64,000 nt of DNA from Bdellovibrionota bacterium (GCA_040754655.1 JBFMCE010000003.1:1-64000), one strand, 5' to 3'. Shown: positions 39,579 through 52,352, counted from the first letter of the stretch. Program-made: numbers and translations. Notes: a model not told the origin generated them from the letters alone.

Positions 39579-40645
39579 GTGAATTGCCTGTTTTGATTAT
39601 TCCCGCATACCAGCCGGAACGGCGACTTGTTTCTCTTGTCGATGATTTGTTGGCGAGCGGATTTCCGTCGATTCTGGTCGTCGATGACGGTTCAGCCCCA
39701 GAGAAGACCCCTATCTTTGACGAGCTCCGAAAGAAGAATGGGGTGAGCGTTCTCTCTCATGCCGTGAATCTTGGCAAAGGAGCTGCTCTCAAGACCGCTT
39801 TCAATCACATCCTTGTCCATATGAAAGAGAGTTTCGGAGCCGTGACGCTTGATGCTGACGGCCAACACTTGCCGGCGGATGTCTTGAAAGTGGCCGCCGG
39901 TTTGAAGTCCAATCCGAACTCGCTCATCTTGGGTTCACGGGACTTCAAAGAAGGCGTGCCGCTCAAAAGCGCTTTTGGAAACACGCTTACTCGCCATGTC
40001 TTTCATTTTCTCATCGGAAAAAAGATCAGGGACACCCAAACGGGTTTGAGAGGCATTCCTTCCTCTTTGATGCGCGATCTCTTGGTCGTGCCATCGAGCC
40101 GGTATGAATTCGAGCTGGATATGCTGGTCATTGCGACGGGCAAGCGCGTGGCTTTGATCGAGGTCCCTATTTCAACAGTTTATATTGATGGAAACCGCGG
40201 TTCCCATTTCAACCCGTTGCTGGACTCGCTCCGCATTTATTTCGTTTTCTTGCGTTTCGTATTTTCTTCCCTCTTGACCTATTGCGCGGACCTCGTCGTT
40301 TTCACAGTGGCGTACGCTTTGGCGCACAACATCTTCTTTAGCGTCGTTGTCGGGCGAGCGTCTGGCGCGGCGGTGGGCTTCATGACATCGAAATCTTTCG
40401 TGTTCAAGTCCGAGAAGAACGCCAAAGAAACGCTGGTGAAGTTTTTCTTGCTCTGGTTGAGCTTGCTCGGGATTTCATATGGACTCATGATCCTTTTTGT
40501 CGAAGCGCTCAGATTCAATGTCTATGTCTCGCGCGTGACGGTGGATTCGGTTCTGTTCGTTTTCAACTTCTTGGTGCAAAGGGATCTTATCTTCGGTGAG
40601 CGCGGCGGATCTTTTCAGAAATTCGCCTCTAAGAGGTTTCTGTGA
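39575..40645 (+). CDS. GT2 polyprenol-phosphate glycosyltransferase fused to a GtrA-like flippase domain
   Basis: IIPAYQP, VDDGS, GKGAALK, DADGQH, DTQTGLR, SHFNPLLDS, followed by 4 C-terminal TMs. Confidence 0.85.
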   Translation: MSELPVLIIPAYQPERRLVSLVDDLLASGFPSILVVDDGSAPEKTPIFDELRKKNGVSVLSHAVNLGKGAALKTAFNHILVHMKESFGAVTLDADGQHLPADVLKVAAGLKSNPNSLILGSRDFKEGVPLKSAFGNTLTRHVFHFLIGKKIRDTQTGLRGIPSSLMRDLLVVPSSRYEFELDMLVIATGKRVALIEVPISTVYIDGNRGSHFNPLLDSLRIYFVFLRFVFSSLLTYCADLVVFTVAYALAHNIFFSVVVGRASGAAVGFMTSKSFVFKSEKNAKETLVKFFLLWLSLLGISYGLMILFVEALRFNVYVSRVTVDSVLFVFNFLVQRDLIFGERGGSFQKFASKRFL

Positions 40646-41988
40646 GCCAGCAAAGACGTCGCATGCTGGTTTTTGAACTGAATGAGTTCAATCTAGGGCT
40701 TCTTTCCAAGGCGGCCGAAGAATTGTCGTTAACCCATGTCCAGCGCATGCTTGCGATGAAACGCACCCAGCTTCGCACTCAAGACCGTTATGAAAGCGAT
40801 TATCTTGAGCCTTGGGTGCAGTGGGTTTCGGTGCATACGGGTACGCCATCGACGGTGCACAAGATAAAACACCTGGGCGACGTTCCTCATCTGCATACGC
40901 CTCAAGTCTGGGCTGAGCTTTCCAAGCATCATATTACCAGCGGAGTTTGGGGAGCGATGAACGCCGGGAGGGCCAATGCCGAGTCGTGCCTATTTTTCTT
41001 GCCAGACCCCTGGACCTTTTCGGAAGACGGTTATCCGCAGTCGCTCAGCAGGCTGCTTGATCTTCCGCGGTATGTTTCGAAGAACTACCTGAACCTTTCG
41101 AAATCGACGGTAGCGAAGAAGTTTTATGGATTTTTGAGCGCATTCCTATTTTCAAAAGTTGGGTTTTCTTTCCTTGCTGAACTGCCTTCTTTTCTTTGGA
41201 ACACGCTGAAGTTCAAGGGCGAGCATTTCGTGTTCATTTGCTTCACTGAATACCTCTCATCCCTTCTTTTTCTTGAGTACAAGAAAAGGCATGACCCTGA
41301 TTTGAGCCTCCTGTTCGTGAACAGCTTGGCTCATTTGCAACACCACCACTGGCACAGCGATTCGTATAAAGACAATGCGCGGCTTGGTTACGGGCTGAAG
41401 ATGATCGACCGTCTTTTAGGCAAGATCTTCAAGGCGCTCAAAGAAGGCGAGGTTTTTGTCGCGCTCAATGGCCTTTCTCAGATGAATACGAATCATGAGA
41501 AGCCGTGGATCTTGTATCGCCAGCGCGATCAACTTTCTTTTTTGAGGCGAGTCGGGGTTTCTTACACCCATGTCGAACCTCACATGACCCACGACGCCCA
41601 TATCTTTTTCGCAAGCCCAGAAGGCTGCCAGCGTGCAAAGGCGATCTTGGGGTCTGCGACCGTGAATCAAGAAAAGTTGTTCTTGGTCGAGGCTTACGCT
41701 GATGATCCGAAGAAGCTTTTTTACCGCATCCAATTCACCGATGAACTGCCTCATGATGCCGTTCTCGAGGTGGGCGGAAAGAGAGAAAGGTTTTTCGATC
41801 TTTTTGAGGCTATTGTGCGTCGGACGGGCAAACACATCCCGGTGGGCACTCTGTTCACGAATTCACTTGAAGTCCCGGACTCGATGGAAAACCATGAATT
41901 GTATGAGCACGTCCTGGGTTTTTACGGTGTTTCGCGCGATCGTCCTCAGCCTCGCCTGAAGGAATCGGCTGAATCAACGAGACTTTGA
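40642..41988 (+). CDS. Conserved hypothetical protein, possible alkaline-phosphatase/phosphodiesterase-superfamily fold
   Basis: ELNEFN and EPWVQWVSVHTG resemble the N-terminal motifs of type I phosphodiesterases; AHLQHHHW. Confidence 0.45.
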   Translation: MSQQRRRMLVFELNEFNLGLLSKAAEELSLTHVQRMLAMKRTQLRTQDRYESDYLEPWVQWVSVHTGTPSTVHKIKHLGDVPHLHTPQVWAELSKHHITSGVWGAMNAGRANAESCLFFLPDPWTFSEDGYPQSLSRLLDLPRYVSKNYLNLSKSTVAKKFYGFLSAFLFSKVGFSFLAELPSFLWNTLKFKGEHFVFICFTEYLSSLLFLEYKKRHDPDLSLLFVNSLAHLQHHHWHSDSYKDNARLGYGLKMIDRLLGKIFKALKEGEVFVALNGLSQMNTNHEKPWILYRQRDQLSFLRRVGVSYTHVEPHMTHDAHIFFASPEGCQRAKAILGSATVNQEKLFLVEAYADDPKKLFYRIQFTDELPHDAVLEVGGKRERFFDLFEAIVRRTGKHIPVGTLFTNSLEVPDSMENHELYEHVLGFYGVSRDRPQPRLKESAESTRL

Positions 41989-42777
41989 GTGCTTCGTGAG
42001 AACCACCATCGGATAGGCGCCATACCTTGTGGCAAGTCGTGGGAAAAGTTCCTCTAACTTCTGGATCGCTCGAAATGCAAGTTTGCCGAAAATCGGGTTT
42101 GAAGGAATCAATCTGCGCGAGTCTTGGGCGGTGAGTGTTCTCCAGGGTAAGAGCTCAACGCTGGTTTGGTCAGAAAATCTCTTCCACCACTGCAAGGGGT
42201 GGGCATGGTAGTAAATCGTTCCTGCCTCAGGTTTGGTCTCTGAAGAGCGCATTAGCCAACGTTTGGCCAGCGCCAGGAAACGGTCGGGATTCGCATAAAT
42301 GATGATGATCTTGGTATTGGGTTTAGAAATGCGAATAAGTTGCCTCACAGCAGCTTCCTGCTGGCCTTTATCAATGTGGTAGATCGTATGCAGGCTCAAT
42401 ACGGCGTCAAAGTGGTCGTCAGGGAAGGGAAGTTCTAGAATGCTTGCGCAATGGTATTCGCCCAGCTCGCCCAGTTTTTTCTTGGCTTGGTCTAAAGCGT
42501 TCTGAGAAATATCCACGCAGACGCGCTTCTTAAAGCCCTTCGAGTATTCAAGGTATTCTGGGTATTGGATAGGTCCTGAGGCAGCATCCAAAATGCGTTC
42601 GCCGCTCGTCGGCAAGTGGTCAAGAAGCTTTCTTCGACAATGGCTTACATAGTCAGCAGCACAAGTCCTTAAATCTTCCCAGAGCTCAGCATCCGTACTG
42701 ATGCCTTGTGAGTCAGTTTTCCAGCCTTTTTCATCATAGAAGTTTCGGACGCTATTTTCGGTCTCGAGGTCGCGCAT
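41974..42777 (-). CDS. Class I SAM-dependent methyltransferase
   Basis: ILDAASG, VDIS, LPFPDDHFDAVLSLHTIYH. Confidence 0.85.
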   Translation of the reverse strand: MRDLETENSVRNFYDEKGWKTDSQGISTDAELWEDLRTCAADYVSHCRRKLLDHLPTSGERILDAASGPIQYPEYLEYSKGFKKRVCVDISQNALDQAKKKLGELGEYHCASILELPFPDDHFDAVLSLHTIYHIDKGQQEAAVRQLIRISKPNTKIIIIYANPDRFLALAKRWLMRSSETKPEAGTIYYHAHPLQWWKRFSDQTSVELLPWRTLTAQDSRRLIPSNPIFGKLAFRAIQKLEELFPRLATRYGAYPMVVLTKHSKSR

Positions 42778-42830
42778 TTCTCTGATCAATAAGATTTTTT
42801 TGTTCGGCTAGCAACGCAAATAGTGATCTG

Positions 42831-42870
42831 GTGAATTGATTTGACTTATTTTGACCCCGATTGATACATT
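42831..42870 (+). promoter_or_regulatory. Putative promoter of the pse operon overlapped by 10-bp-phased TTGAY direct repeats
   Basis: GTGAA 42831, TTGAC 42841, TTGAC 42851, TTGAT 42861. -35 TTGACT (42841) and -10 TACATT (42865) with an 18-nt spacer; ATG follows 7 nt after the -10. Confidence 0.55.
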
Positions 42871-42877
42871 TTCGCAA

Positions 42878-45255
<2,378 letters not shown>

Positions 45256-45259
<4 letters not shown>

Positions 45260-46158
45260 AACTTGGCTTGGGTACCGTGCAGTTCGGCTTAAACTACGGT
45301 GTCTCAAACCGATCTGGGATCGTAGCGCCGTCCGAAGTGAAGAATGTACTGGCATGCGCTGCGAAGTCCGGCGCCGTTGGCTACCTTGATACGGCGACCG
45401 CTTACGGGAGCGCAGAAGAGGTTCTGGGTGCGACCCTTGAACAGAGGCACCCATTCAAGATCGTGACGAAAACCCCGACTTTTAAAGATTCCTTGATTTC
45501 TAGCGAGAGTGCCGACGAGTTGGAACGAAGTTTCAGGAAGTCATTGTTAAGACTGAACCAGACTGCAGTCTATGGCCTGCTTGCGCATCACGCCTCACCT
45601 CTTCTTGATCGCGATGGCGCGTTCTTGTTCGATCGAATGTTGAAGCTCAAAGAACAAGGCGTGGTGAAAAAGATCGGCGTCTCGGTTTACAGCGCCGAAG
45701 AAATAGATCGGGTCATTGAACGCTATCCTGTTGAGCTGATCCAAGCGCCTGTGAGTCTTTTAGATCAGCGTCTTGTGACCGGTGGGCACTTGGCGCGCTT
45801 GAACGAAAGAGGCATCGAAGTGCATGCCCGCTCTGTTTTCTTGCAAGGGCTTCTTTTGATGGAGGCCGATAATATTCCTCGGAACTTGGCTTCGATTCAA
45901 GAGCATTTGGGCAACTTGCGTGCTGAGGTCGAAGCACGGGGGCTGACGATGTTGCAGGCGGCGCTGGGTTTTGTATTGAATCTAGAAGCCGTGACGGCAT
46001 GCTTGGTGGGTGTTTGCTCTTTAAGCGAGTTGAATCAAATCTTGGAAGCAGCCCGGTTGGCGCAAGAAAAGAAATTTGAGATCTCAGGCGTCGCAGCAAG
46101 TGCCGCTTGGGACGATGAGAGGGTGTTGAACCCATTTTTTTGGGAGAAGTATGCTTAA
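45256..46158 (+). CDS. Aldo/keto reductase
   Basis: LGLGTVQFG, LDTATAYG, VTK, IGVSVY, ARSVFLQG. Confidence 0.88.
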
Positions 46159-47314
46159 AAGATGCGTGAAATGCGGTTTGCCAGAGACCTACGAGACGAT
46201 CGAATTCGACGCTTCAGGGGTCTGCAATATTTGCCGCCAAAAAAACTTCAAAGATGCTTCGATCGACTGGAAGGCGAGGAAGGTGATGTTCGATCAACTC
46301 GTTGAAGAGTATCGAGGCAAATATGAATATGATTGCATCGTGCCCTTCTCGGGCGGGAAAGATTCGACGTTCACTTTGAATTATCTGATGCGCAAGTACA
46401 AACTCAAGCCTCTTGTCGTTCAGTTCAATCATGGGTTCATGCGAGAGAATCTGCTGAAGAACAACGAACGGACCTTCAAAAAACTGGGAGTCGATGTGTT
46501 GAGCTTCACTCCTAATTGGAAAGTCGTCAAAAGGTTGATGCTCGAGGCTTTGATCCGAAAGGGTGATTTTTGTTGGCATTGCCATACGGGCATTTTTTCG
46601 TATCCCATGCACGTTGCGATCAAATACAATACGCCGCTCGTCATTTGGGGTGAACCCTCTTCTGAGTACACGGCGTATTACGATTACCGAGACAATGAAA
46701 TCGAAGAAGTTGATGAGACCAGATTCAATCGTTTCGTGAACCTGGGTATCACTGCTGAAGACATGGCCGGGATGATCAAAGATGATTTCAATCTTGATCC
46801 ACGAGACCTTGCTCCTTATGCGTATCCGAAGACCAGAGACTTGAAGCGCCTTAAGTATCGGTCGGTCTGCCTGGGCTCTTTCATTCCCTGGGATGTGAAG
46901 CGCAATGTTGAAGAGATCTCTCGCGATTTGGGTTGGAAGGGCGATGAAGTAGAGGGCATGCCGCCAGGCAAGTATCCTTACGAAAAGATCGAGTGCTACA
47001 TGCAGGGCGTGCGAGATTACATCAAGTACCTCAAGCGTGGCTACTCACGCGTGACGCAAATGACTGCATTGGATCTTCGAAATGACCGTATTTCAAAAGA
47101 AGAAGCGGATCGACTGGTCGAGGAATATGAGGGCAAAAAGCCGCCATCGTTGCAGCTGTTCTTAGAGTACTTGGGGCTTAGCGAACAAGAGTTCAACGAG
47201 ATCGTAGCGAAAACTGTGGTTCCTCCTTTCAAACCTGATTTTGAAACCATTCCGAGCGCGCCAAATACCTGGGATTTCGAACGCTGGTATCGCGAGGGTA
47301 AGGAAAAACCATGA
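46151..47314 (+). CDS. N-acetyl sugar amidotransferase (WbuX/PseA/WbpG family), copy 1
   Basis: N-terminal CVKC...CNIC, PP-loop SGGKDS, CWHCH, WGE, YIKYLKRGYSR. Confidence 0.88.
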   Translation: MLKRCVKCGLPETYETIEFDASGVCNICRQKNFKDASIDWKARKVMFDQLVEEYRGKYEYDCIVPFSGGKDSTFTLNYLMRKYKLKPLVVQFNHGFMRENLLKNNERTFKKLGVDVLSFTPNWKVVKRLMLEALIRKGDFCWHCHTGIFSYPMHVAIKYNTPLVIWGEPSSEYTAYYDYRDNEIEEVDETRFNRFVNLGITAEDMAGMIKDDFNLDPRDLAPYAYPKTRDLKRLKYRSVCLGSFIPWDVKRNVEEISRDLGWKGDEVEGMPPGKYPYEKIECYMQGVRDYIKYLKRGYSRVTQMTALDLRNDRISKEEADRLVEEYEGKKPPSLQLFLEYLGLSEQEFNEIVAKTVVPPFKPDFETIPSAPNTWDFERWYREGKEKP

Positions 47315-47928
47315 TCGGCATCCTTGACATGAATATGGGAAATCTCAGGTCCGTGACCAATGCGGTTTACAGCTTGGGTTATGATCCCAAGGTTATTCAT
47401 GACCAAGAGGGCTTGAAAGAAGCGTCACACCTTATCATTCCGGGAGTAGGTGCTTATCCGGCAGCGATGCGCCAGCTTGAGGCGATGAACCTGAAGGACG
47501 CGATCAAAGATTTTGCCAGCACCAAGCGGCCGGTGCTTGGGATTTGCTTAGGCATGCATATCTTCTCGACTTCTGGTGAAGAGGGGGGCGGAGCCGAAGG
47601 GTTAGGCCTTGTTCCGGGAGAGGTGCTGCGCATCGATACTCAGCCCGGACTGGTAGTCCCTCATGTGGGATGGAACAACATCCGATTTCTCAAAGAGCAT
47701 CCTGTGCTTGAGAAGGTCAAGGACGGCGTCGATTTTTACTTCGTGCATTCGTATCGCTATGTTTGCGAGGACCAGCAAGACGCATTTGGCGAAACCGAAT
47801 ATGGTGATGCTTGGCCGTCAGTGGTCGCCAAAGACAACGTCATCGGTTTTCAATTCCATCCAGAGAAAAGCCAGATCAACGGTTTGAAGCTGATCGAGAA
47901 TTTCTGCGAGTGGGATGGCAAATGTTGA
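47311..47928 (+). CDS. hisH: HisH-like glutaminase (WbuY-type), copy 1
   Basis: PGVG, GICLG (catalytic Cys), FYFVHSY, QFHPEKS. Confidence 0.9.
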   Translation: MIGILDMNMGNLRSVTNAVYSLGYDPKVIHDQEGLKEASHLIIPGVGAYPAAMRQLEAMNLKDAIKDFASTKRPVLGICLGMHIFSTSGEEGGGAEGLGLVPGEVLRIDTQPGLVVPHVGWNNIRFLKEHPVLEKVKDGVDFYFVHSYRYVCEDQQDAFGETEYGDAWPSVVAKDNVIGFQFHPEKSQINGLKLIENFCEWDGKC

Positions 47929-48686
47929 AAAAAAGGATCATTCCCGTGCAGTTGCTCTTGAATGGAAGACTAGTGAAGACCAAGGGATTTGACTCTTTCC
48001 GCGACGTCGGAGATCCGGTCGCCAGTTCCAAGGTCTATAGCTCGCAGTATGCAGATGAGTTGGTTTTTCTGAATATCAGCCGAGAGAATCGCACAATCGA
48101 GTCTTTGTTATCGCTCATTGAACGAGTCTCAGAGGTTTGTTTCATGCCGCTGACCTTCGGCGGGGGGATAAGATCGCTCAGAGACGCCGAGCAGTTGATA
48201 AAGAACGGGGCAGACAAGATTGTTTTGAATTCGGTTTCTTATGAAGACAGCCAAGTGATTTCCCAGATTGCCGATAAATTTGGATCTCAGGCTGTGGTGG
48301 TTTCAATGGATGCCAGGTTCGATTTGAAGGCAAATCGATACCGGTTGTATTCTCAATGCGGCACAAAGCTCGAAGAACCCTCGATCGAAGATCATGTACG
48401 GAAGGTGATTGAACACGGCGCTGGCGAGATCTTCATCAATTCCATCGACAGAGACGGGATGATGACGGGTTACGATCTGAATTTGATCCGGCAAGTGGTG
48501 GGTTGTTCTTCTGTGCCCGTGATCGCTTGCGGTGGGGCTGGCCATTACGAGCATATGAAAGAGGCTTTCCTTGAAACGAAGGTCAGCGCTTTGGCGTGCG
48601 GGAGCTTGTTCAATTTCGGAGACAACAATCCGATTCGCGCCAAAGCTTTTTTGAGCAACTACGAGTTGCAGTTCAAGAAGGTGTGA
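47922..48686 (+). CDS. hisF: HisF-like cyclase-fold subunit (WbuZ-type), copy 1
   Basis: MLKKRIIP, FMPLTFGGGI, GADK, GAGEI, SIDRDG, ACGGAG. The N-terminal catalytic Asp is absent (RIIPVQLL). Confidence 0.88.
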   Translation: MLKKRIIPVQLLLNGRLVKTKGFDSFRDVGDPVASSKVYSSQYADELVFLNISRENRTIESLLSLIERVSEVCFMPLTFGGGIRSLRDAEQLIKNGADKIVLNSVSYEDSQVISQIADKFGSQAVVVSMDARFDLKANRYRLYSQCGTKLEEPSIEDHVRKVIEHGAGEIFINSIDRDGMMTGYDLNLIRQVVGCSSVPVIACGGAGHYEHMKEAFLETKVSALACGSLFNFGDNNPIRAKAFLSNYELQFKKV

Positions 48687-48688
48687 AA

Positions 48689-49246
48689 ATGGCTTTGACG
48701 AAACCCCTTAAAGGAAAACGCATCTATCTGAGGGAAGTGAAGTTGACTGACGTGAATGATCGTTACGTCAGTTGGCTCAATGATAGCGAAGTCACCAGGT
48801 ACCTTGAAGTCCGTTTTCACCCTCAGAACCTTGATACGATCGCAGGCTTCGTCGCTAAAATGCGGGAGAGCGAGAACGAATTTCTTTATGCGATCTGCTT
48901 GAGCTCGAACGACCAGCACATCGGCAATATCAAGCTCGGTCCGGTGAATGCGCACCATCGTAGCGCTGATGTGAGCCTTTTCATCGGCGAAAAGAAATGC
49001 TGGGGGCAGGGCTATGCCGCCGAGGCGATTGGCTTGGTGACGCGATTCGCTTTTCGTGAGCTTGGGCTCAATAAGTTGAGGGCTGGTTGTTACGCGGGGA
49101 ATGAGGGCAGCGCTCGCGCATTCGAGAGAGTCGGATACCGAAGAGAAGGTCTTTTGCGCGGACAAGTTCTCTGCGACGGCAAAGAAACCGACGTCATTAC
49201 GCTAGGCCTAAGGGCCGTAGAGTATCGCGAGGAGGCGAATCGATGA
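48689..49246 (+). CDS. GNAT N-acetyltransferase (RimJ/RimL-like)
   Basis: YVSWLND, HIGNIKL, IGEK..WGQGYA, N..S.RAFE..GY..EG. Confidence 0.85.
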   Translation: MALTKPLKGKRIYLREVKLTDVNDRYVSWLNDSEVTRYLEVRFHPQNLDTIAGFVAKMRESENEFLYAICLSSNDQHIGNIKLGPVNAHHRSADVSLFIGEKKCWGQGYAAEAIGLVTRFAFRELGLNKLRAGCYAGNEGSARAFERVGYRREGLLRGQVLCDGKETDVITLGLRAVEYREEANR

Positions 49247-51285
49247 TCGCCGCGATCCTGCAGGCTCGTTTTTCATCTTCGCGACTGCCAGGAAAAGTTT
49301 TGAAACCTATTCTTGGCAAGCCGATGCTCGTACGCCAGATTGAAAGGGTGAAACGTTCGAAGAAGATTAATTCGATCGTGATCGCCACCAGCGTCGACCC
49401 GAGTGATGATGCCGTCGCCGAGGCAGCCCGTAGTGCCGGGGTTGGCTGCTTCCGGGGGAGCTTGGATGATGTTTTGGACCGGTTTTACAAAGCTGCGGGG
49501 AGCCTGCCTTCTCGTCCGGATCATCTTGTCCGGTTGACTGGCGATTGTCCGCTGATCGACCCGAGGCTGATCGATGATGTGGTCTCTTTTTGTGTTGAGG
49601 GAGACTTTGATTACGCCAGCAATGCGATCGAACCCACCTTTCCAGATGGGCTGGACGTCGAAGTATTCCGTTATGAGGTGTTGACTCAGGCATGGGAAGA
49701 GGCAAAGCTGCTTTCACAACGCGAGCATGTAACGCCCTTTATCCATACCCAACAAAATCGATTTAACGTTGGTCATTACAAAGGAAAAGTAGATTTGTCC
49801 TCGTTGCGCTGGACGGTCGATGTTCCGGCGGATTTTGAATTCGTGAATCGAATTTACGAAGAGCTTTATCCGTTAAGAGACGATTTTTCGATGGAAGACG
49901 TTCTGAAGTTGCTGGAACAGAAGCCTCGCCTGGCTGGGATCAATAAGGATTTAGAAAGAAATGAGGGTTTTAAAGTGTCTCAGCGAAAAGACTTTTTCAT
50001 GAACCGTTATCAAAAATCCAATGTGCTATTGGAGCAAACTTTAAAAACAATCCCTCTTGGCAGTCAGACTTTCAGCAAGAGCAAGACCCAGTATCCGAAG
50101 GGAGTGTCTCCATACTTCATTGAACGCGCCCGGGGAAGCCGTGTCTGGGACGTCGATGGGAACGAGTATGTGGATTTTGTGAACGGTTTGTGTGCAGTGA
50201 ACTTGGGTTATGGTGATCCCGATGTGACTAAGGCTGTCAAGGAGCAGCTTGAAGACGGCGTTATTTTTTCGCTCCCGCATCCCATTGAAGGCCAGGTTGC
50301 CGAGAAAATGGTAGAGATGATTCCGTGCGCAGAGATGGTTCGGTTCGGAAAGAATGGTTCGGATGCAACTTCTGGCGCCATTCGATTGGCAAGGGCTTAT
50401 ACACGGCGTGACCACGTCGCGGTCTGTGGTTATCATGGGTGGCAAGATTGGTATATTGGCTCGACTGCACGGAACCTTGGCGTTCCGCAAGCGACACGCG
50501 ATCTCACCCATGCTTTTACTTATAATGACCTTGAATCCCTAAAGAAGGTCTTTAGCGACTATCCAGATCAAGTTGCTGCCGTGATCATGGAACCTGTAAA
50601 TGCCCAAGAGCCCAAGGCAGGGTTTCTCAATGAACTTCAGGAACTCACAAAACAAAATGGGGCTTTATTGATCTTTGACGAGACTATTACCGGGTTTCGT
50701 TTCGATAATGGCGGCGCCCAGGCGACTTATAAAGTGACGCCGGATTTGGCTACTTTCGGCAAGGGTATGGCTAACGGGTACCCGGTCTCGGCGATCGTGG
50801 GTAAAGCAGACGTGATGCGCCTCATGGAGGAAATCTTTTTTTCTTTCACCTTTGGTGGAGAAACGCTTTCGCTAGCTGCAGCGCTGGCGACGATGACAAA
50901 GCTCCAGGCGCGCCCCGTGGTTCAGGCGATGTATGAACAAGGCAAAAAAGTCATTGCAGGGGTGGAGAGGCTGATCGAGCAGTTTGAGATGAGCGATATG
51001 CTTTCGATCACTGGGAATCCTACTTGGTCTTTTCTAAATTTTAAGGAGATAGCCCCGTACACTCAATGGCAGATCAAGACATTGTTTTTGCAAGAGGTCT
51101 TTGCCCGGGGGATCTTGCTTCTTGGTACTCACAATATGAGTTATTCACACAATGACGGCGATATTGAAAAGCTTCTGGCGACTTATAAAGAAGTTTTTCC
51201 CGTCTTAAGATCAGCTGTGAGAGAGAAGGGTCTTGAAAGATTGTTGTTCACTCAGCCTCTAGAGCCTCTTTTTAAATTGCGATGA
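49243..51285 (+). CDS. Fusion: SpsF/PseF-like cytidylyltransferase plus class III (GSA-aminomutase-like) aminotransferase
   Basis: N-terminal QARFSSSRLPGKVL, RLTGDCP, REHVT, RWTVD. C-terminal domain from about M253 (49999): SQTFSKS, KNGSDAT, YHGW, DETITGFR, FGKGMANG. Confidence 0.88.
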   Translation: MIAAILQARFSSSRLPGKVLKPILGKPMLVRQIERVKRSKKINSIVIATSVDPSDDAVAEAARSAGVGCFRGSLDDVLDRFYKAAGSLPSRPDHLVRLTGDCPLIDPRLIDDVVSFCVEGDFDYASNAIEPTFPDGLDVEVFRYEVLTQAWEEAKLLSQREHVTPFIHTQQNRFNVGHYKGKVDLSSLRWTVDVPADFEFVNRIYEELYPLRDDFSMEDVLKLLEQKPRLAGINKDLERNEGFKVSQRKDFFMNRYQKSNVLLEQTLKTIPLGSQTFSKSKTQYPKGVSPYFIERARGSRVWDVDGNEYVDFVNGLCAVNLGYGDPDVTKAVKEQLEDGVIFSLPHPIEGQVAEKMVEMIPCAEMVRFGKNGSDATSGAIRLARAYTRRDHVAVCGYHGWQDWYIGSTARNLGVPQATRDLTHAFTYNDLESLKKVFSDYPDQVAAVIMEPVNAQEPKAGFLNELQELTKQNGALLIFDETITGFRFDNGGAQATYKVTPDLATFGKGMANGYPVSAIVGKADVMRLMEEIFFSFTFGGETLSLAAALATMTKLQARPVVQAMYEQGKKVIAGVERLIEQFEMSDMLSITGNPTWSFLNFKEIAPYTQWQIKTLFLQEVFARGILLLGTHNMSYSHNDGDIEKLLATYKEVFPVLRSAVREKGLERLLFTQPLEPLFKLR

Positions 51286-52352
51286 GAGTAGCGATAAGAA
51301 CCGACGCATCTATTCAAAGCGGTACTGGGCACTTTTTCAGGTGCTTGACGCTCGCGCAAGACCTGAAGCTGAAAGGCGTTGATTCGGTCTTTGTCTGTCG
51401 CAAGCTTTCCCAGGATCTTTCGAGGCTTCTCTTAGAAAAAGGCTTTCCGGTCTTGGCTCTGAAGCGCTCTTTTGAGGAAGAAGACTGGGATTTAGATTTA
51501 CCCGAGATGCAGCTTGAGTTCGGTCGATCTGGCAAAAGGCTGGATTGGTTGATCGTCGACCAATACTCACTCGACCGAAGATGGGAATCCCAGGCGCGCG
51601 AATTCGCAAAACGCATCATGGTGATCGATGACCTCGCGAATCGCAAGCATGATTGCGATCTTCTTCTAGATCAGAACTACTACCAAGACAGCGCGACTCG
51701 ATATTTAAATCTCGTGCCCGCACACTGTGTTCAGTTGCTTGGCCCGGAGTACGCTCTTTTGAGAAGCGAATTTCGAATTTCTCGCTCCAAACTGCGCCGC
51801 CGTTCGGGAGAGGTGCGAAGGGTTCTTGTTTTTTTTGGCGGTTCCGATCCAACAGGTGAGTCCCTGAAGGCAGTGGAAGGGATCGAAAGGTTTTCGTCTA
51901 ACACCGATATGCGATTTGATTTAGTCGTTGGTGCGCTCAACCCTTCTCGAGAAGATCTCGTCGCCCGTGCGCGGAAACTACCCTACCTGACTGTTCACAC
52001 CGAGACCCGGCAAATGGGTAAGTTGATGGAGAGCGCAGACTTGAGTCTGGGGGCAGGCGGAACCACGACCTGGGAGAGGTGTCGCCTGGGTTTGCCTGCA
52101 CTGGTAACCATCGTGGCCGGAAACCAACGGCAGGTCGCGGAAGAACTATCGAGTTTTGGCGCGATACAGAATTTGGGCTGGCACGAGGATGTCTCGACTG
52201 ATTTTCTTTATGAGTCGATGGTCAGCGTATGCGGTGATCGCGATCGTGTTCGAAATATGAGTCAGAAGGCGCTCGAGGTCATGGGTACGAGCTTGGATTC
52301 AAATGAGCTCAAGGCTGTCGGCGCGATATTGGAGGCTGATTTTGCTGGATAG
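51282..52352 (+). CDS. pseG: UDP-2,4-diacetamido-2,4,6-trideoxy-beta-L-altropyranose hydrolase
   Basis: RTDAS..SGTGHFFRCLTLA, VIDDLA, LLDQN, FFGGSD, GGTTTWERC..GLP, GNQ. Confidence 0.9.
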   Translation: MRVAIRTDASIQSGTGHFFRCLTLAQDLKLKGVDSVFVCRKLSQDLSRLLLEKGFPVLALKRSFEEEDWDLDLPEMQLEFGRSGKRLDWLIVDQYSLDRRWESQAREFAKRIMVIDDLANRKHDCDLLLDQNYYQDSATRYLNLVPAHCVQLLGPEYALLRSEFRISRSKLRRRSGEVRRVLVFFGGSDPTGESLKAVEGIERFSSNTDMRFDLVVGALNPSREDLVARARKLPYLTVHTETRQMGKLMESADLSLGAGGTTTWERCRLGLPALVTIVAGNQRQVAEELSSFGAIQNLGWHEDVSTDFLYESMVSVCGDRDRVRNMSQKALEVMGTSLDSNELKAVGAILEADFAG

